DNA of 64,000 nucleotides from a virus: IMG/VR virus record IMGVR_UViG_3300043080_000191; one strand, 5' to 3'. Shown piece by piece: positions 1 to 11,508 of this stretch (position 1 is its first letter; each line of letters starts with the position of its first letter). The notes under the pieces were generated by a model. It saw only the letters and a program-made list of their open reading frames with translations, ran no database searches and was not told where the DNA came from. The position numbers and the translations under genes were made by a program.

Positions 1-3000
1 GATTGTTGGTAAATGCACCAGCGATGATACAGAATATTTTACATATGTCCCGCCTATGGAGACATATATAGATATAACTCACAATCTAATTGATGAAGGA
101 TCTCCAGAGGCTAGTTTATTAGCAAATGGGAATCGCGCAGGAGTAACAATTTGGAGTGCAAAGAATTTAAACTTAAAAGGTTATGACCGATTAGGAATCC
201 AAGCGAGTTTTAAAGCTTGGTTAAATTCTATGAATTGCATTTCTGGCTCTTATGGATTACGAGTTGATATAAGAGTTGTTGAAAATAATACAACGCAAGA
301 AACAAATAAATATAAATATTATTCTTTTAATCTTGATTCAGAAGCTGACATGTATGGAAGTCCATATAATTTTGAAACTTTTTATAGTCAAGAAAAAGTT
401 GTTGATATATCTGGATTAGGTACTATTGATACAATGCGAGTTGTTTTTTATCAAAATAGTGATTTTTACAATGGTGATAAAGAATTAATTCCAAATTATG
501 ATAGTGATTTAAAAATGGATTTACCAGATAATCTTTTTATTCAAGACGCTTATATAAGTGTTGGATATAATTTAAGCGACTTTACCGAAGATACTTTAAT
601 GTTATTTACTTTAGATTCTGAAACTTATGGAACTGATTTGAATATATTAAAAGATAGATTAAAAGATAAAACTGTGGATGACGCAGATTTAACAGATTCT
701 GAACGAAAATTTTTAGAATTAGATTTAAATGATGTAAATGCTGTAAATACATATCTAACTGAGTGCGTGAATAGAAAAAATTTACAGTTAAGATGGATTC
801 ATTTAGATGAAAGCACAGAAAATTTTAAATCTTTAGAGACCCTTCCAAAAGACGAAACCTATGGACAAAAAGGAATAATCCATTGGTATCGTTATAAGCT
901 TGCTAATGGCGTTGAGGATGAATTAGCAGGAGCATTCTATGAAGAAATGCAAGATTCTAAAGATAAATTTTCTATAGAGTTTGATCCAGATATTACAGAA
1001 CAAACTGAAAGAGTAAAAGCTATTTTAGAATATCCTTCAAGAGAATATATTGAAAAAGTTAAAAAAGATGATACAACATTAATTCGTTATAAGGATACTA
1101 TTAAGGGCAATGAGAGGTTTTTATATAATCTCTGTCAAGAAGGCGCAACTAGCGTAGATGACATAAAGGATGAAGCTTTAAAAACAAATGTTACAAATCT
1201 TTTAACCGCAATTAATAAATTATCTGAAGGACAAAGGATCCTTGAGCTAGGACTTGAAGGTCTTAAAACTTTTACAACTGTTATGAATCAAGTTTGTAAA
1301 ACAGAAAATGATGCAACTAATTTATTAAAGAACTTAGGTTTTGGAAACTTTGATGAATCAAATGCAGCTGTTTTAGCTAGTAAAGGTGATGTTATTGCAA
1401 GTGGTAATACTCTTGTTGAACAGCAAAAAAATGAAGTAGAAGAATTAAATGCTTATTATAAAAATATTGGAAGTTCAGTAGATGCGAAAGGTGAATTAGA
1501 AACGCAACATAGTAGTGAAAAAGAACTTGCTCAAAGTTATATTGATTCTTTAAGCACTTCTTTGAAATATTATTTTGGTGTTGATTTATATTTTAATGGA
1601 AAACCTTATACAGAAGATGAAATGACTAATGCGGTTACCGAGTATGAGAGTCGAGAAGCTGAACTTGATGGTTCCGTTAATTATTATGAATCTGAGGTTT
1701 TAATACTTTCTAATGAGCAAAAAGTTGCTGATAAAGCAACTATAGATTTGATTAAGGGACTATCTATTGAATGTGATACCGCAGGATATAATGGTAATTA
1801 TAAAATCTATGATGATACAGGAAAGATTATGTCATCATCAGAAGGTAGTAAATTAAGAACTTTAACTGCAACTTATACTTCTTTAGTTTCTGGCGAGGAT
1901 GAATTAGATACCGCAGAACAAATTTCTTGGTATATCCCTATTGAAAATACCATGATTTATTATCCTACAAAAGGGTATGAATATGATGATTATAAGATGA
2001 TCAGTATTGCGGATGAAGCAGAATTTAAATCTTATATAGGGCAAATATATACTAAAACAATTAATGGTGTTTATTTAAGTGATAATGGATATAATAAAGT
2101 AACTACACAAGATACATATTCCTCATTAACTAATTATTATATTAAAATTACTGAAAAAGATTTATCAACTAAGGTGGAAGATGGTTATTTTGTAATTACA
2201 AGAAGAGGCACTGAAAAGGTCGGAAAAGAGCCTGGTCTTGAAGAAGCAGATTCTACTGAGCAATTATTTAGAATTAAGTCTCAATATACTCAAAGCGCAA
2301 TTAATAATACAATTAGATGCGAAGTTGTAAAAAATAATATGACTTATTCCGCAGAGGTTAGTTTGACTTTTGGACCTCATGGAATAAATGGAACTGATTA
2401 TACTTTTACGCTTGAATTTGAAGATAATAGTTTAGCTCTTACCTATGGAAAGAGTGTAACAGTAGTTCCAAAAGTTTATGATAATGAAAATAATGACATT
2501 ACTTCAACCTTCACCGATGGATTTGATTTTAGTTGGTATTCTGAGGGTGATGGCGGTTTAGAGATGGCAAATGAGAGTGGAAATACTTGCACTATTAATA
2601 CCGTTGAAGAAACTGGAAAAAGTATTTTAGATTGTCGTTATTATATTTTAAAAGCAAAAACTAAACAGGCGGTTCAGAATAATGTTACTGCAACTGAAAC
2701 GAAAGTAGATGGAGAAGATAATACGCAAACAACTACATCTTCTTTTAACGTTTATTTAAGCACAATACTTCCAATCGCAGTAAGAAGTTCTGATGATTTT
2801 GTAACTTTTGATGGAACGACAGAAATTGCTTATGATGCTTCTGGAGTAAATCCTAGTTATTATAAAAATAAATATCAACTATATAAATATAAAGATGGCC
2901 ATTCAGTTGCTTTTAATGATAAAAATAGTGTATCTTGGTATATATCTAGTGGAGATCCTAAATTTGATGCAAGATATTATCCACAAGTGTCAACTGATGG

Positions 3001-5374
3001 AATCATTACAGTTCCTTCAATGTATATTCAAGGAAATAGTACCAAATTTGCTATTGAGGCAGTTAATAATGGTAGTGAAGATGAAGAACCTATCTTTTGG
3101 ACACAACCAATTTATATTCATCAAAACACTTATTCTTCTTTAATGCTGAACTCTTGGGACGGTAGTTTGACTTATGATGAAGAAAATGGTACAATATTAT
3201 CAGCGATGATAGGAGCCGGAGAAAAAAATGAAGATAATCAATTCAATGGCGTTCTTATGGGAAAAGCTTCAAAAGCAGATGAAACCGCAAAACAAATTGG
3301 ACTTTATGGATATAATAAAGGCGCGCAATCATTTGGATTTTTAATAGATGGAACTGCTTTTTTAGGAAAAGCAGGACATGGAAGAATTCTTTTTGATGGC
3401 GATACAGGAGTTATTCAAAGTCAGAATTATGAAAGTAATTCTGAAGGAATGAAAATTGATCTTAATACTGGAATTCTTATTTCTAAAGGACCAAAATTTT
3501 CTGAAACAATAAGCTCCAGTTGGGATGAGGAGTCTGGAAAAGAGATTGAAAAAACTAGTCAAGCAATGATTAAAATAGATCCAACTCCAAGCGCAGATGA
3601 GAATGATAATACCTATGGTAATCCATATTTTCTAGTTCAAAGTTGTAATGGAAATAAGTTGATTAATATATCTTCTACAAATATGTATATTCAAACAGAT
3701 GATTTTTGTTCAACATCTGGTTCTGAAGCAGGAGTTAGATTTGATTTAAGTAGAAGTAAATTAACTGGTTATAATTTTGAATTTTTTACCAAAGAAACCG
3801 AAGGCGAATATGCTGGTTCATACGTAAAAATCGCTAGTGATGGAAATCCTTATTTAGAAGTTTATCAAAAATATACTGAAGATAATAAGGTTTTAAGAGA
3901 TCTTAAATTAATGTATATTGGGAAAAAAAACTTTATTATTCAAAGTCAAAATTGGAATAATGATGCTCAAACAGGAGTTCAATTAAACTTAGCAGGAGAT
4001 AATCCTAAATTAACTGCTTATAATTTTTCTATTAAAGCTATAGCTAATGATGAAACTTATAATGGATCTTATATTCAAATAGATAGCAGTGGAAGTCCAT
4101 TTTTTAGAATCTATTATCAAAATAGTGGACAATCTTATTATAAATGGGCATCTTCAGAATGGGAAGAAGGAAAAGATTATTATTGTATGACTGACGAGGG
4201 AGAATTTACAGAGGCAAATGGAAAAGAAGCTGCTGGAACTGCTTATTATATTAAACAAACGAAGTCTGATCCCGCTACAGTACATTTAGTAGATATTACT
4301 AAGAATAATTTTGTTTTAAGATCTCAAAATTGGGATACAACAAATAAAACTGGAACTTGTTTAAATATGAATACAGGAGTTCTTAGATCTTATGATTTTA
4401 AGATTGATGCTTCTGGAAGAACTTTTACAGTTAAAGAAAATAATGTAACAACAACCAAAGAAGGTTATTTGATAATCGACAGTGGCGCAAGTGAATATCC
4501 TCTAAAAATTGGACCTTATTTTAAAGTAAAATGGAGTGGAAAAATTTATGCTACTGATGGAGAATTTAGCGGAAAAATTAATGCTGATGAAGGTTCCATT
4601 GGAGGTTGGAGCATAGATAAAGATAGACTTTATAGTAATTATACACTTTATACAGAAGATCAAGAGGAAATTTCAAGTAGTTTTATATTAAGTTCTACAG
4701 ATTTTACTAAAAAGATAAATGGGTCAGATAGAGACAAATTAAGACTGGTTATAGGTAACAATTTTGCAGTATCAAGCAGTGGAAATATTTATTGCAATGG
4801 AGCCGATATTTCTGGGGCTACTATTGGGGGAGCAACAATTTCTAAAGGAACCATTGGAGGAGCAGCAATATCTTACGGAAGCATTGAGAACGCAAACATA
4901 TCTTATGGAACCATTACTAGCGCAGAAATAACAGATTGTAACATAGGAGGAACTTTTACGCTAGGAGGAACTACAGTTGAAATAGCGACTGAAAAAGTTT
5001 TATCTATGACTTCTGGGTTAAGTGATCGAGCAACAGTCCTAAATGATTCTACATCTCTTACACAGACAGATACCTCTGTGAGTGGTAGTATTTCTGTATC
5101 AGTTCCATCATCTAGTTTTCTTACTTCAGTAGCTGTCGACAGTGCTAGTGGAAGTGTTACTATAGGAGATAAAACTTACCCTGTAACAGTAAGTGTCTCC
5201 TTAAAAAAATCTTTTAATTCCTCTGCGGTAAGTTGTACAACTAGTAATTCTTTAACATATAAACAAGCATCATTGGATAAACAAACTTCACAATGTACAA
5301 CTCATTTAAAAAATACTTTTAAAAAACTTACGGTTTTAGCGGCTACAAGTGCAGGAACAGAAACTGAATCTTAA
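1..5374 (+). CDS. Large virion tail/baseplate-associated structural protein, 5'-partial (ORF open to window edge; >1772 aa). Beta-helix-like G/I/T-rich repeat block near C-terminus and Ser/Thr-rich tail
   Basis: No stop in frame between nt 2 and the first ATG at 56, so the gene starts upstream of the window. Composition is G/N/Y/T/S-rich and non-helical, so it is not a tape-measure protein. Repeats 'ISGATIGGATISKGTIGGAAISYGSIENANISYGTITSAEITDCNIGG' are encoded around nt ~4810-4960. Sits at the head of a block of giant structural genes. Confidence 0.55.
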   Translation, partial: IVGKCTSDDTEYFTYVPPMETYIDITHNLIDEGSPEASLLANGNRAGVTIWSAKNLNLKGYDRLGIQASFKAWLNSMNCISGSYGLRVDIRVVENNTTQETNKYKYYSFNLDSEADMYGSPYNFETFYSQEKVVDISGLGTIDTMRVVFYQNSDFYNGDKELIPNYDSDLKMDLPDNLFIQDAYISVGYNLSDFTEDTLMLFTLDSETYGTDLNILKDRLKDKTVDDADLTDSERKFLELDLNDVNAVNTYLTECVNRKNLQLRWIHLDESTENFKSLETLPKDETYGQKGIIHWYRYKLANGVEDELAGAFYEEMQDSKDKFSIEFDPDITEQTERVKAILEYPSREYIEKVKKDDTTLIRYKDTIKGNERFLYNLCQEGATSVDDIKDEALKTNVTNLLTAINKLSEGQRILELGLEGLKTFTTVMNQVCKTENDATNLLKNLGFGNFDESNAAVLASKGDVIASGNTLVEQQKNEVEELNAYYKNIGSSVDAKGELETQHSSEKELAQSYIDSLSTSLKYYFGVDLYFNGKPYTEDEMTNAVTEYESREAELDGSVNYYESEVLILSNEQKVADKATIDLIKGLSIECDTAGYNGNYKIYDDTGKIMSSSEGSKLRTLTATYTSLVSGEDELDTAEQISWYIPIENTMIYYPTKGYEYDDYKMISIADEAEFKSYIGQIYTKTINGVYLSDNGYNKVTTQDTYSSLTNYYIKITEKDLSTKVEDGYFVITRRGTEKVGKEPGLEEADSTEQLFRIKSQYTQSAINNTIRCEVVKNNMTYSAEVSLTFGPHGINGTDYTFTLEFEDNSLALTYGKSVTVVPKVYDNENNDITSTFTDGFDFSWYSEGDGGLEMANESGNTCTINTVEETGKSILDCRYYILKAKTKQAVQNNVTATETKVDGEDNTQTTTSSFNVYLSTILPIAVRSSDDFVTFDGTTEIAYDASGVNPSYYKNKYQLYKYKDGHSVAFNDKNSVSWYISSGDPKFDARYYPQVSTDGIITVPSMYIQGNSTKFAIEAVNNGSEDEEPIFWTQPIYIHQNTYSSLMLNSWDGSLTYDEENGTILSAMIGAGEKNEDNQFNGVLMGKASKADETAKQIGLYGYNKGAQSFGFLIDGTAFLGKAGHGRILFDGDTGVIQSQNYESNSEGMKIDLNTGILISKGPKFSETISSSWDEESGKEIEKTSQAMIKIDPTPSADENDNTYGNPYFLVQSCNGNKLINISSTNMYIQTDDFCSTSGSEAGVRFDLSRSKLTGYNFEFFTKETEGEYAGSYVKIASDGNPYLEVYQKYTEDNKVLRDLKLMYIGKKNFIIQSQNWNNDAQTGVQLNLAGDNPKLTAYNFSIKAIANDETYNGSYIQIDSSGSPFFRIYYQNSGQSYYKWASSEWEEGKDYYCMTDEGEFTEANGKEAAGTAYYIKQTKSDPATVHLVDITKNNFVLRSQNWDTTNKTGTCLNMNTGVLRSYDFKIDASGRTFTVKENNVTTTKEGYLIIDSGASEYPLKIGPYFKVKWSGKIYATDGEFSGKINADEGSIGGWSIDKDRLYSNYTLYTEDQEEISSSFILSSTDFTKKINGSDRDKLRLVIGNNFAVSSSGNIYCNGADISGATIGGATISKGTIGGAAISYGSIENANISYGTITSAEITDCNIGGTFTLGGTTVEIATEKVLSMTSGLSDRATVLNDSTSLTQTDTSVSGSISVSVPSSSFLTSVAVDSASGSVTIGDKTYPVTVSVSLKKSFNSSAVSCTTSNSLTYKQASLDKQTSQCTTHLKNTFKKLTVLAATSAGTETES

Positions 5375-5412
5375 AAGTTAATTCTATAAATAATAAAAAG
5401 GAGAAAAAGGAT

Positions 5413-5799
5413 ATGACAAAAACTTTTACAAACAATGAAATTTATAATTATGCAACTCTTTTAGGAGATGCTTTTAACAATAGCGAACTTTATCTTCCAG
5501 TTAAGATAAATTTCTATTTACAAAAAAATATTACTGCTATTACTGAATTAGCAAAATCTATTGAGGATTCTCGTATGAAAATTGCTCAGCATTATGGAAA
5601 AATGAATGAAGATGGACAAGGATTTCAGATTCCACCAGAAAACATTGAGCAGGCTAGTAAAGAACTTGAAGATCTTTTCAATCTTGAACAGGAAGTAAAA
5701 ATTTATACAATTAAACTTGATACTTTTGATGATACTCAGATTTCAACTAAACAGATGCAAGCTATTTTATTTATGATTGAAGATCCAGAGGAGGAGTAA
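5413..5799 (+). CDS. Small acidic hypothetical protein (128 aa), structural-module accessory/chaperone-like
   Basis: ORF with RBS aaaaaggagaaaaagg 8 nt upstream of the ATG. Acidic C-terminus ...EDPEEE. Confidence 0.5.
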   Translation: MTKTFTNNEIYNYATLLGDAFNNSELYLPVKINFYLQKNITAITELAKSIEDSRMKIAQHYGKMNEDGQGFQIPPENIEQASKELEDLFNLEQEVKIYTIKLDTFDDTQISTKQMQAILFMIEDPEEE

Positions 5800-5803
5800 T
5801 ATA

Positions 5804-6007
5804 ATGACTACAGAACAGATTTCAGAACTTATTAAAACATATAATACTCTTTTGTTAATTTCAACAAAAGGAAAAGATACTCTTATGATGGCTAAATGCC
5901 TTGAAGCTTTACAAGGAATTATTTCTGAAACCGCAAAATCTCTCGGAGTAGAGCTTGAAGAAGTTCCGATTGCAGAAGAGGAAACTGAAACAGAAAAAGA
6001 GGAGTAA
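5804..6007 (+). CDS. Small acidic hypothetical protein (~68 aa; start moved to the ATG at 5804 after RBS GAGGAGGAG)
   Basis: The ORF track starts at 5777 inside the previous gene. A strong RBS GAGGAGGAGtaatataATG makes 5804 the likely start, which removes the overlap. Confidence 0.45.
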   Translation: MTTEQISELIKTYNTLLLISTKGKDTLMMAKCLEALQGIISETAKSLGVELEEVPIAEEETETEKEE

Positions 6008-6013
6008 AAGAAT

Positions 6014-8590
6014 ATGGCTACAAAATTGTACCCGCCTAGCATAGGAGGCACAATTCCGGCTTTCTGCGGGACCACCTTAGTGGTCCCGTTTTCTATGAAT
6101 AGAGCAGTGTCAAGAATAGAAGTAGCCGGATTTAGATTAAAAATAAAGACTGTAAGTGGCAATCAAATCGCTGTTTTAAAAACATCAAATTCCACAGACT
6201 ATGATATGCAATCAGATATGTATGTTCAATTTGATGTCACCTCAATTAAAAGTCAATTAAATATTGGGCAATATTATAAAATTCAATTAGCTTATGTGAG
6301 TAAAGGTGGCGTAGTTGGTTACTATTCTACTGTTGGAGTCATTAAATATACAACAGAGCCTTCTGTAGTAATTAGTGGATTGACTTTTGGTTCTGTTAAT
6401 ATGCACAATTATAGATATGTTGGAGTTTATAGTCAGGCTGGAGATAATCAAGATTCAACTGAAAAAATGTACTCATCAAGATTTAAAGTATATGATAGTA
6501 ATGATGTTTTAATAAAAGATTCTGGTGAAATTATTCATAATATTAATAATGATATAACCCCAGATGAATCTCAAGAAGAATTTTTACTATCAATAGACTT
6601 ATCTCTTGATAAATCTTATTATATTCAATTTTCTATTACATCCACTAATGGATTAGAAAAAAGTTCTAATAGATATAGAATAATGCAACGTAGATCAATT
6701 AGTCCAGAAATTAATGCAGAATTGGTTGCTACATTAGACCAAGATAATGGAAATATTCTATTAACAATGAATGATACTATTGATAGTGTTGTTTCTGGAA
6801 CTTTCTTAATCTCTCGTGCAAGTAGTTTAAATGGATACGCTTGGGAAGAGTTTAGACGATTTGATCTTCAGTCAATGATTCCAGATCAATGGAGTCTTCT
6901 TGATTGCACGATTGAACAAGGAGCAACATATAGATATTCATTACAACAATATAATGAAAATGGAATTTACTCAGATAGATTATGTTCTAAAGATATTTTT
7001 GCGGACTTTGAGGATGCCTTTTTATATGATGGCGAACGCCAATTAAAAATTCGTTTCAATCCTAAAGTTTCAACTTTTAAGAATGATATTCTCGAAACTA
7101 AGACAGAAACAATGGGAAGTAAGCATCCTTTTATAACAAGAAATGGCAACGTTAACTATGTTGAGTTAGCTCTTTCTGGACTAATTTCTTATCAAATGGA
7201 CGAAGCAGAATTGTTCATGACTAAGGAAGAGTTGGGGATTTCCTCAAACATTACAGATTTGACTGGTGAAAATATTACGGCTGAAAGAATCTTTAAGACA
7301 GCTGTTTTAGAATGGCTTACAGATGGTAATGCAAAGATATTTAGGTCTCCAACAGAAGGTAACTTTATTGTTCGATTAATGAATGTATCTTTGAGTCCAA
7401 ATGATACGGTCGGCCGCATGCTCCACACATTTACTTGTACAGCATACGAAATTGCGGATTATACCACAGATAACCTAGAATACTACGGACTTATTGATCC
7501 AACAGAGAATCTTAAAACAATGACTAGATGGACAACAGTTGATTTGCTTGCAATAAAGAAAACATTAAGTGAAGATGATAAAAGAGAGAAAATCCAAGTA
7601 AATGATAAAGTGGCTTATTCAGTATTCTTTGTCGATATGATGCCTGGCGCAATGATTTATATAGATGGAGAATCTATTAAGATTGGTGCTACTGGATCAT
7701 ATTCCGCGCAAGCTACAACAACTCCATTTAATAAGATTGAAGTTGCAGTAGATTCTTTATCTTATGGATTATTGACTTATAGTTATCAAACTAAAGCTGT
7801 TAGTATATTTGGTAACATTCAACAGATTAATATTGAAGATGTTCCTTGCCAACAGATTATTGGTAAGATAGATACAGATGTATATTCATATATTCAAGAT
7901 ACTAGAACTAGTGTTCTAAAATTATCTATGGCGAGATTTATTAAAAGAGATGTTGAATATGTTTTCTGTAATGTTGAGAAAGCAAGTGATTTCAATCCAT
8001 ATAATTCTTATACTTATTATACTGATGCTATGTGTCAGAATGAGATTACATCATTAGACACTTTAAAACTATATCAAATCAGATGTAAAAGATCTGCCGG
8101 AAAAGAAATTCCTGGCGAAGGAGTATATGTTGATGCTAATTTTGATATATTTGCACCTTACTTAGATTATTATCTTGATGGAACAAAACCTTTAAATCAA
8201 ACTCCACAGGAAATAACAGATGACTTATTTCAGATTTCTATTGATGGTGAAATTATTGACATTACAGAAACTGAAAAATATAAAATAGCTTCAACTGATG
8301 AAGTTAAAATTATTATCCCAAGTAATGGAGTTATCACTGAGGTTGGCTATTCAAAACAAATTGCGGTATACTCCTTTGAAGAAGATGAAGGTGGAGACTC
8401 AGAGGTAATAAAAGCAAAAGCAGATTATGTAGCAGCATTATCAAACTATGAGACAGTTAAAACAAATGAAAATAGTAGCACTGATGATGTAGATAGAAAA
8501 AGAGAAGATGTAAAAGAGAAATATAAAATTTTTATTAGCGAGCTAGATACGGCTATAAAAGATTATAAGGAGGCGAATGGTATAGAATGA
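6014..8590 (+). CDS. Virion structural protein (858 aa), putative distal tail/baseplate component
   Basis: Long ORF with a strong RBS. Translationally coupled (ATGA overlap) to the next large structural gene. No enzymatic motifs recognised. Confidence 0.5.
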   Translation: MATKLYPPSIGGTIPAFCGTTLVVPFSMNRAVSRIEVAGFRLKIKTVSGNQIAVLKTSNSTDYDMQSDMYVQFDVTSIKSQLNIGQYYKIQLAYVSKGGVVGYYSTVGVIKYTTEPSVVISGLTFGSVNMHNYRYVGVYSQAGDNQDSTEKMYSSRFKVYDSNDVLIKDSGEIIHNINNDITPDESQEEFLLSIDLSLDKSYYIQFSITSTNGLEKSSNRYRIMQRRSISPEINAELVATLDQDNGNILLTMNDTIDSVVSGTFLISRASSLNGYAWEEFRRFDLQSMIPDQWSLLDCTIEQGATYRYSLQQYNENGIYSDRLCSKDIFADFEDAFLYDGERQLKIRFNPKVSTFKNDILETKTETMGSKHPFITRNGNVNYVELALSGLISYQMDEAELFMTKEELGISSNITDLTGENITAERIFKTAVLEWLTDGNAKIFRSPTEGNFIVRLMNVSLSPNDTVGRMLHTFTCTAYEIADYTTDNLEYYGLIDPTENLKTMTRWTTVDLLAIKKTLSEDDKREKIQVNDKVAYSVFFVDMMPGAMIYIDGESIKIGATGSYSAQATTTPFNKIEVAVDSLSYGLLTYSYQTKAVSIFGNIQQINIEDVPCQQIIGKIDTDVYSYIQDTRTSVLKLSMARFIKRDVEYVFCNVEKASDFNPYNSYTYYTDAMCQNEITSLDTLKLYQIRCKRSAGKEIPGEGVYVDANFDIFAPYLDYYLDGTKPLNQTPQEITDDLFQISIDGEIIDITETEKYKIASTDEVKIIIPSNGVITEVGYSKQIAVYSFEEDEGGDSEVIKAKADYVAALSNYETVKTNENSSTDDVDRKREDVKEKYKIFISELDTAIKDYKEANGIE

Positions 8591-11493
8591 GAAATCCGTT
8601 ATATGATAAAGATTTTTTAAAAGAATTGGATAATCAAAAAGAACGTGAAATATATACCAAAATTATCGCCTTAGATTTAAATGAAAATCCAGTAGAAGAA
8701 GTGTCAGGTAGAGTAACGCAAGGTTCTGTCAGTATTGATGGGACCTCTGCGGTCCGCCGCACATGTTCTTTATCCATGGTCGCACAAGAAATGAATATTC
8801 ATGAATATTATTGGGGCATGAATACAAAATTCAAACTTGCTGTTGGAATGAAGAATAAAATAAATAGTAAATATCCAGATATTATTTGGTTTCCGCAAGG
8901 TATTTATTTAATTACTTCATTCAGCACATCTCAAGGAACATCTTCTTATACAATTTCAATTTCTGGAAAAGATAAGATGTGTTTATTAAATGGAGATATT
9001 GGAGGTTCTATATACTCATTAACATATGATTTTGGTACAATGGATTATATCACTGCGGAAGGTGATACTATTAATGAATCCATTGAAATTAAAGATATTA
9101 TTCGAGAAATAGTACATGAGTTTGCGCAAGAGCCTTATCATAATATTGTAATCAATGATTTGGAAGATTGCGGTGTTGAGCTTTTGGAATACCGAGGTTC
9201 AACTGACATGTTTCTTATAGTCAACCAAAACTCAAATGAAGTAACTGGAATGTCTTTTAATGAAAATCAAGGCGGATATTATGGTTATAATATAGATGGA
9301 GTGTTTAAAGATAATATAACTTTAGGGAATCTTGAGTCAGATGCTATCAAAGGGAGATATGATCATCGAATTTCATTAAATACAAATGCGGCAGACCCAA
9401 CTTATATATATGTTAAATCAGATACAACAAAAACGCCATATACAGTAATTAGAGTCACTTATGGAGATGTTGTTGGATATAGAGAAACTTCATTAACATA
9501 TGCAGGAGATTTAATTGGAAATGTAGGAGAGTCATTAACTTCTTCCTGTCTTGATAAGATTAAAAATATGTTGGGAGATTTTGAATATTTTTATGATCTT
9601 GATGGCAGATTTATCTTTCAAAGAAAAAAGACTTATACAAATGTATCTTGGAATAATATTACAACAACAGATGATGAAACATATGTAGATAATTCAGCAT
9701 ACTTATCTGCGGATGATTATTCATTTGATGATAGTAATTTAATTACTTCATTTTCAAACTCTCCAGATTTAGCTAATTTAAAAAATGATTTTTCTATATG
9801 GGGCACGCGCACATCAGTTAGTGGTTCAGAATTACCAGTTCATTTAAGATATGCGATAGATAAAAAGCCATATATTTATCAAACTTTAGGTGGTCATTTA
9901 TATATGACTCAAGAGTATTATGATAATATAGAAAATCTTGGCTCTTTTGGATCATCTATAGTTACAAAAGATTCTTTTAGGACTCACACAATGCCCGAAG
10001 GATTAGATGATAATTGGTGGGAAATTGAAGACTGGGCAAAATATTATGAATATTTAACTGGTGCACTTCCAGACCAAAAATTAAGTAACTATTGGACTGA
10101 ATATACAAAAATTGATTTGGAGCAATACTTTGGAATAGGTAACGATGTTAGATGGAATGCTTCAAAATTATTATTTTTATTTGATGTTGATTCTAATGGA
10201 GATTTAGCTTATATAGGCCATAATCCATCTTCGCTGACAGCTGATCCAAATGTTAATCATAAAACTTGCGAGCATACTTATACTTATTTATTAAACTGTA
10301 AATATGAGAAAGGCTGGACTTCTTATATTTATAAACCGCAAATTCCAGAATTTACGCTTACTGATGAAATTAAAGATAAAGTAGCAAATATGGAAGCAAC
10401 TATCTGTGATTGGAGAGAGATAATTTACCAAATGGCAGTTGATTATATTCAGCATCATAAAGAAGATGATTTTGTTTCTCAGGTAGCTACAAATAATCCA
10501 AACTTTTATTCTAGCGGATATACTGGATATGAAATGTATTACACAGATTTATATTCCTTTTGGAGAGATTTATATAACCCAGATTATACTTATACTTATT
10601 CAATATCTGGATGTTATAAATCTGCATATGAAGCGAAGCCAGAAGACTATTATTGGTATGAACAGTGTACAAGTTCAGATGAGTATGATTCAAAAACGCA
10701 ATATTATTCTTTGACTTTATATGGTACATATACAGTTAGAAAAATTACAGAAGAAACTTTTAATAAAGATAAAACAAGTTTTTATTATTTAAAGCAAGGT
10801 ACGTCTAAAGATACTTTTGAAGTTGATAGAATCTATTATTGTAAAGTAGAAGATGAATTTGATTCAGAATCCCATTGGAGTAAGACAATTTCAGAATCAC
10901 CAGAAAGTTTAAATTTTTGGTTTGATTTTTTAGATAACGATGGTGGTGACCTTTCTCAATACTCAGTTCGTAATGTTGGAGATAGGCCCAAATCTGTTAA
11001 TGATTCTGATGTAAAAGCCATTTATTTTAGAGATACACCGACTGTTATTTTTTTGGATCCCGCGCAGATTGAAGATGATATTAGAGAAGCTTGGGAAGTT
11101 GAAATGGCTAAGGATAATACTTTAGGGCCTTTAACAGAAGATCAACTGCAAAAGAAGATACAGGAAGAAATAGACAAGCAGAAAGACTTGAAGCCAGGTT
11201 ATACTTTCTTTAAATTACAAAGTTATTTAGAGAATTTATTTACTATTAGCTCTCAAGGAAAATCTGCGCAAGATGCATTAGATGATTTTCTCTATCAATA
11301 TTCTTATTGCACAGAGACAATTACTATTAATGCACTACCAGTATATTATCTTCAACCAAATACTAGAATATTTGTAAGAGATGATAATAGTGGTATTAAT
11401 GGTGAATATATCGTTACAAGAATTACGTTACCATTAAATTATAATGGAACAATGTCAATTACAGCGACAAAAGCTGTAGATAGAATATATTAG
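8587..11493 (+). CDS. Virion structural protein (968 aa), putative baseplate/tail-tip protein
   Basis: 4-nt overlap with the upstream gene. Large, Y/N/D-rich protein. Confidence 0.5.
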   Translation: MRNPLYDKDFLKELDNQKEREIYTKIIALDLNENPVEEVSGRVTQGSVSIDGTSAVRRTCSLSMVAQEMNIHEYYWGMNTKFKLAVGMKNKINSKYPDIIWFPQGIYLITSFSTSQGTSSYTISISGKDKMCLLNGDIGGSIYSLTYDFGTMDYITAEGDTINESIEIKDIIREIVHEFAQEPYHNIVINDLEDCGVELLEYRGSTDMFLIVNQNSNEVTGMSFNENQGGYYGYNIDGVFKDNITLGNLESDAIKGRYDHRISLNTNAADPTYIYVKSDTTKTPYTVIRVTYGDVVGYRETSLTYAGDLIGNVGESLTSSCLDKIKNMLGDFEYFYDLDGRFIFQRKKTYTNVSWNNITTTDDETYVDNSAYLSADDYSFDDSNLITSFSNSPDLANLKNDFSIWGTRTSVSGSELPVHLRYAIDKKPYIYQTLGGHLYMTQEYYDNIENLGSFGSSIVTKDSFRTHTMPEGLDDNWWEIEDWAKYYEYLTGALPDQKLSNYWTEYTKIDLEQYFGIGNDVRWNASKLLFLFDVDSNGDLAYIGHNPSSLTADPNVNHKTCEHTYTYLLNCKYEKGWTSYIYKPQIPEFTLTDEIKDKVANMEATICDWREIIYQMAVDYIQHHKEDDFVSQVATNNPNFYSSGYTGYEMYYTDLYSFWRDLYNPDYTYTYSISGCYKSAYEAKPEDYYWYEQCTSSDEYDSKTQYYSLTLYGTYTVRKITEETFNKDKTSFYYLKQGTSKDTFEVDRIYYCKVEDEFDSESHWSKTISESPESLNFWFDFLDNDGGDLSQYSVRNVGDRPKSVNDSDVKAIYFRDTPTVIFLDPAQIEDDIREAWEVEMAKDNTLGPLTEDQLQKKIQEEIDKQKDLKPGYTFFKLQSYLENLFTISSQGKSAQDALDDFLYQYSYCTETITINALPVYYLQPNTRIFVRDDNSGINGEYIVTRITLPLNYNGTMSITATKAVDRIY

Positions 11494-11508
11494 GAGGATA
11501 AGGAGAAT

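Noticed and set aside
5413-6007. Overlapping ORFs 5413..5799 and 5777..6007 in different frames as a programmed frameshift (gpG/gpGT-like tail chaperone)
   Set aside because: A strong RBS (GAGGAGGAG) sits right before an ATG at 5804, just after the upstream stop. So the second gene has its own start and no overlap. The frame offset is +1 with no slippery heptamer, and the genomic context is not MTP-chaperone-TMP.
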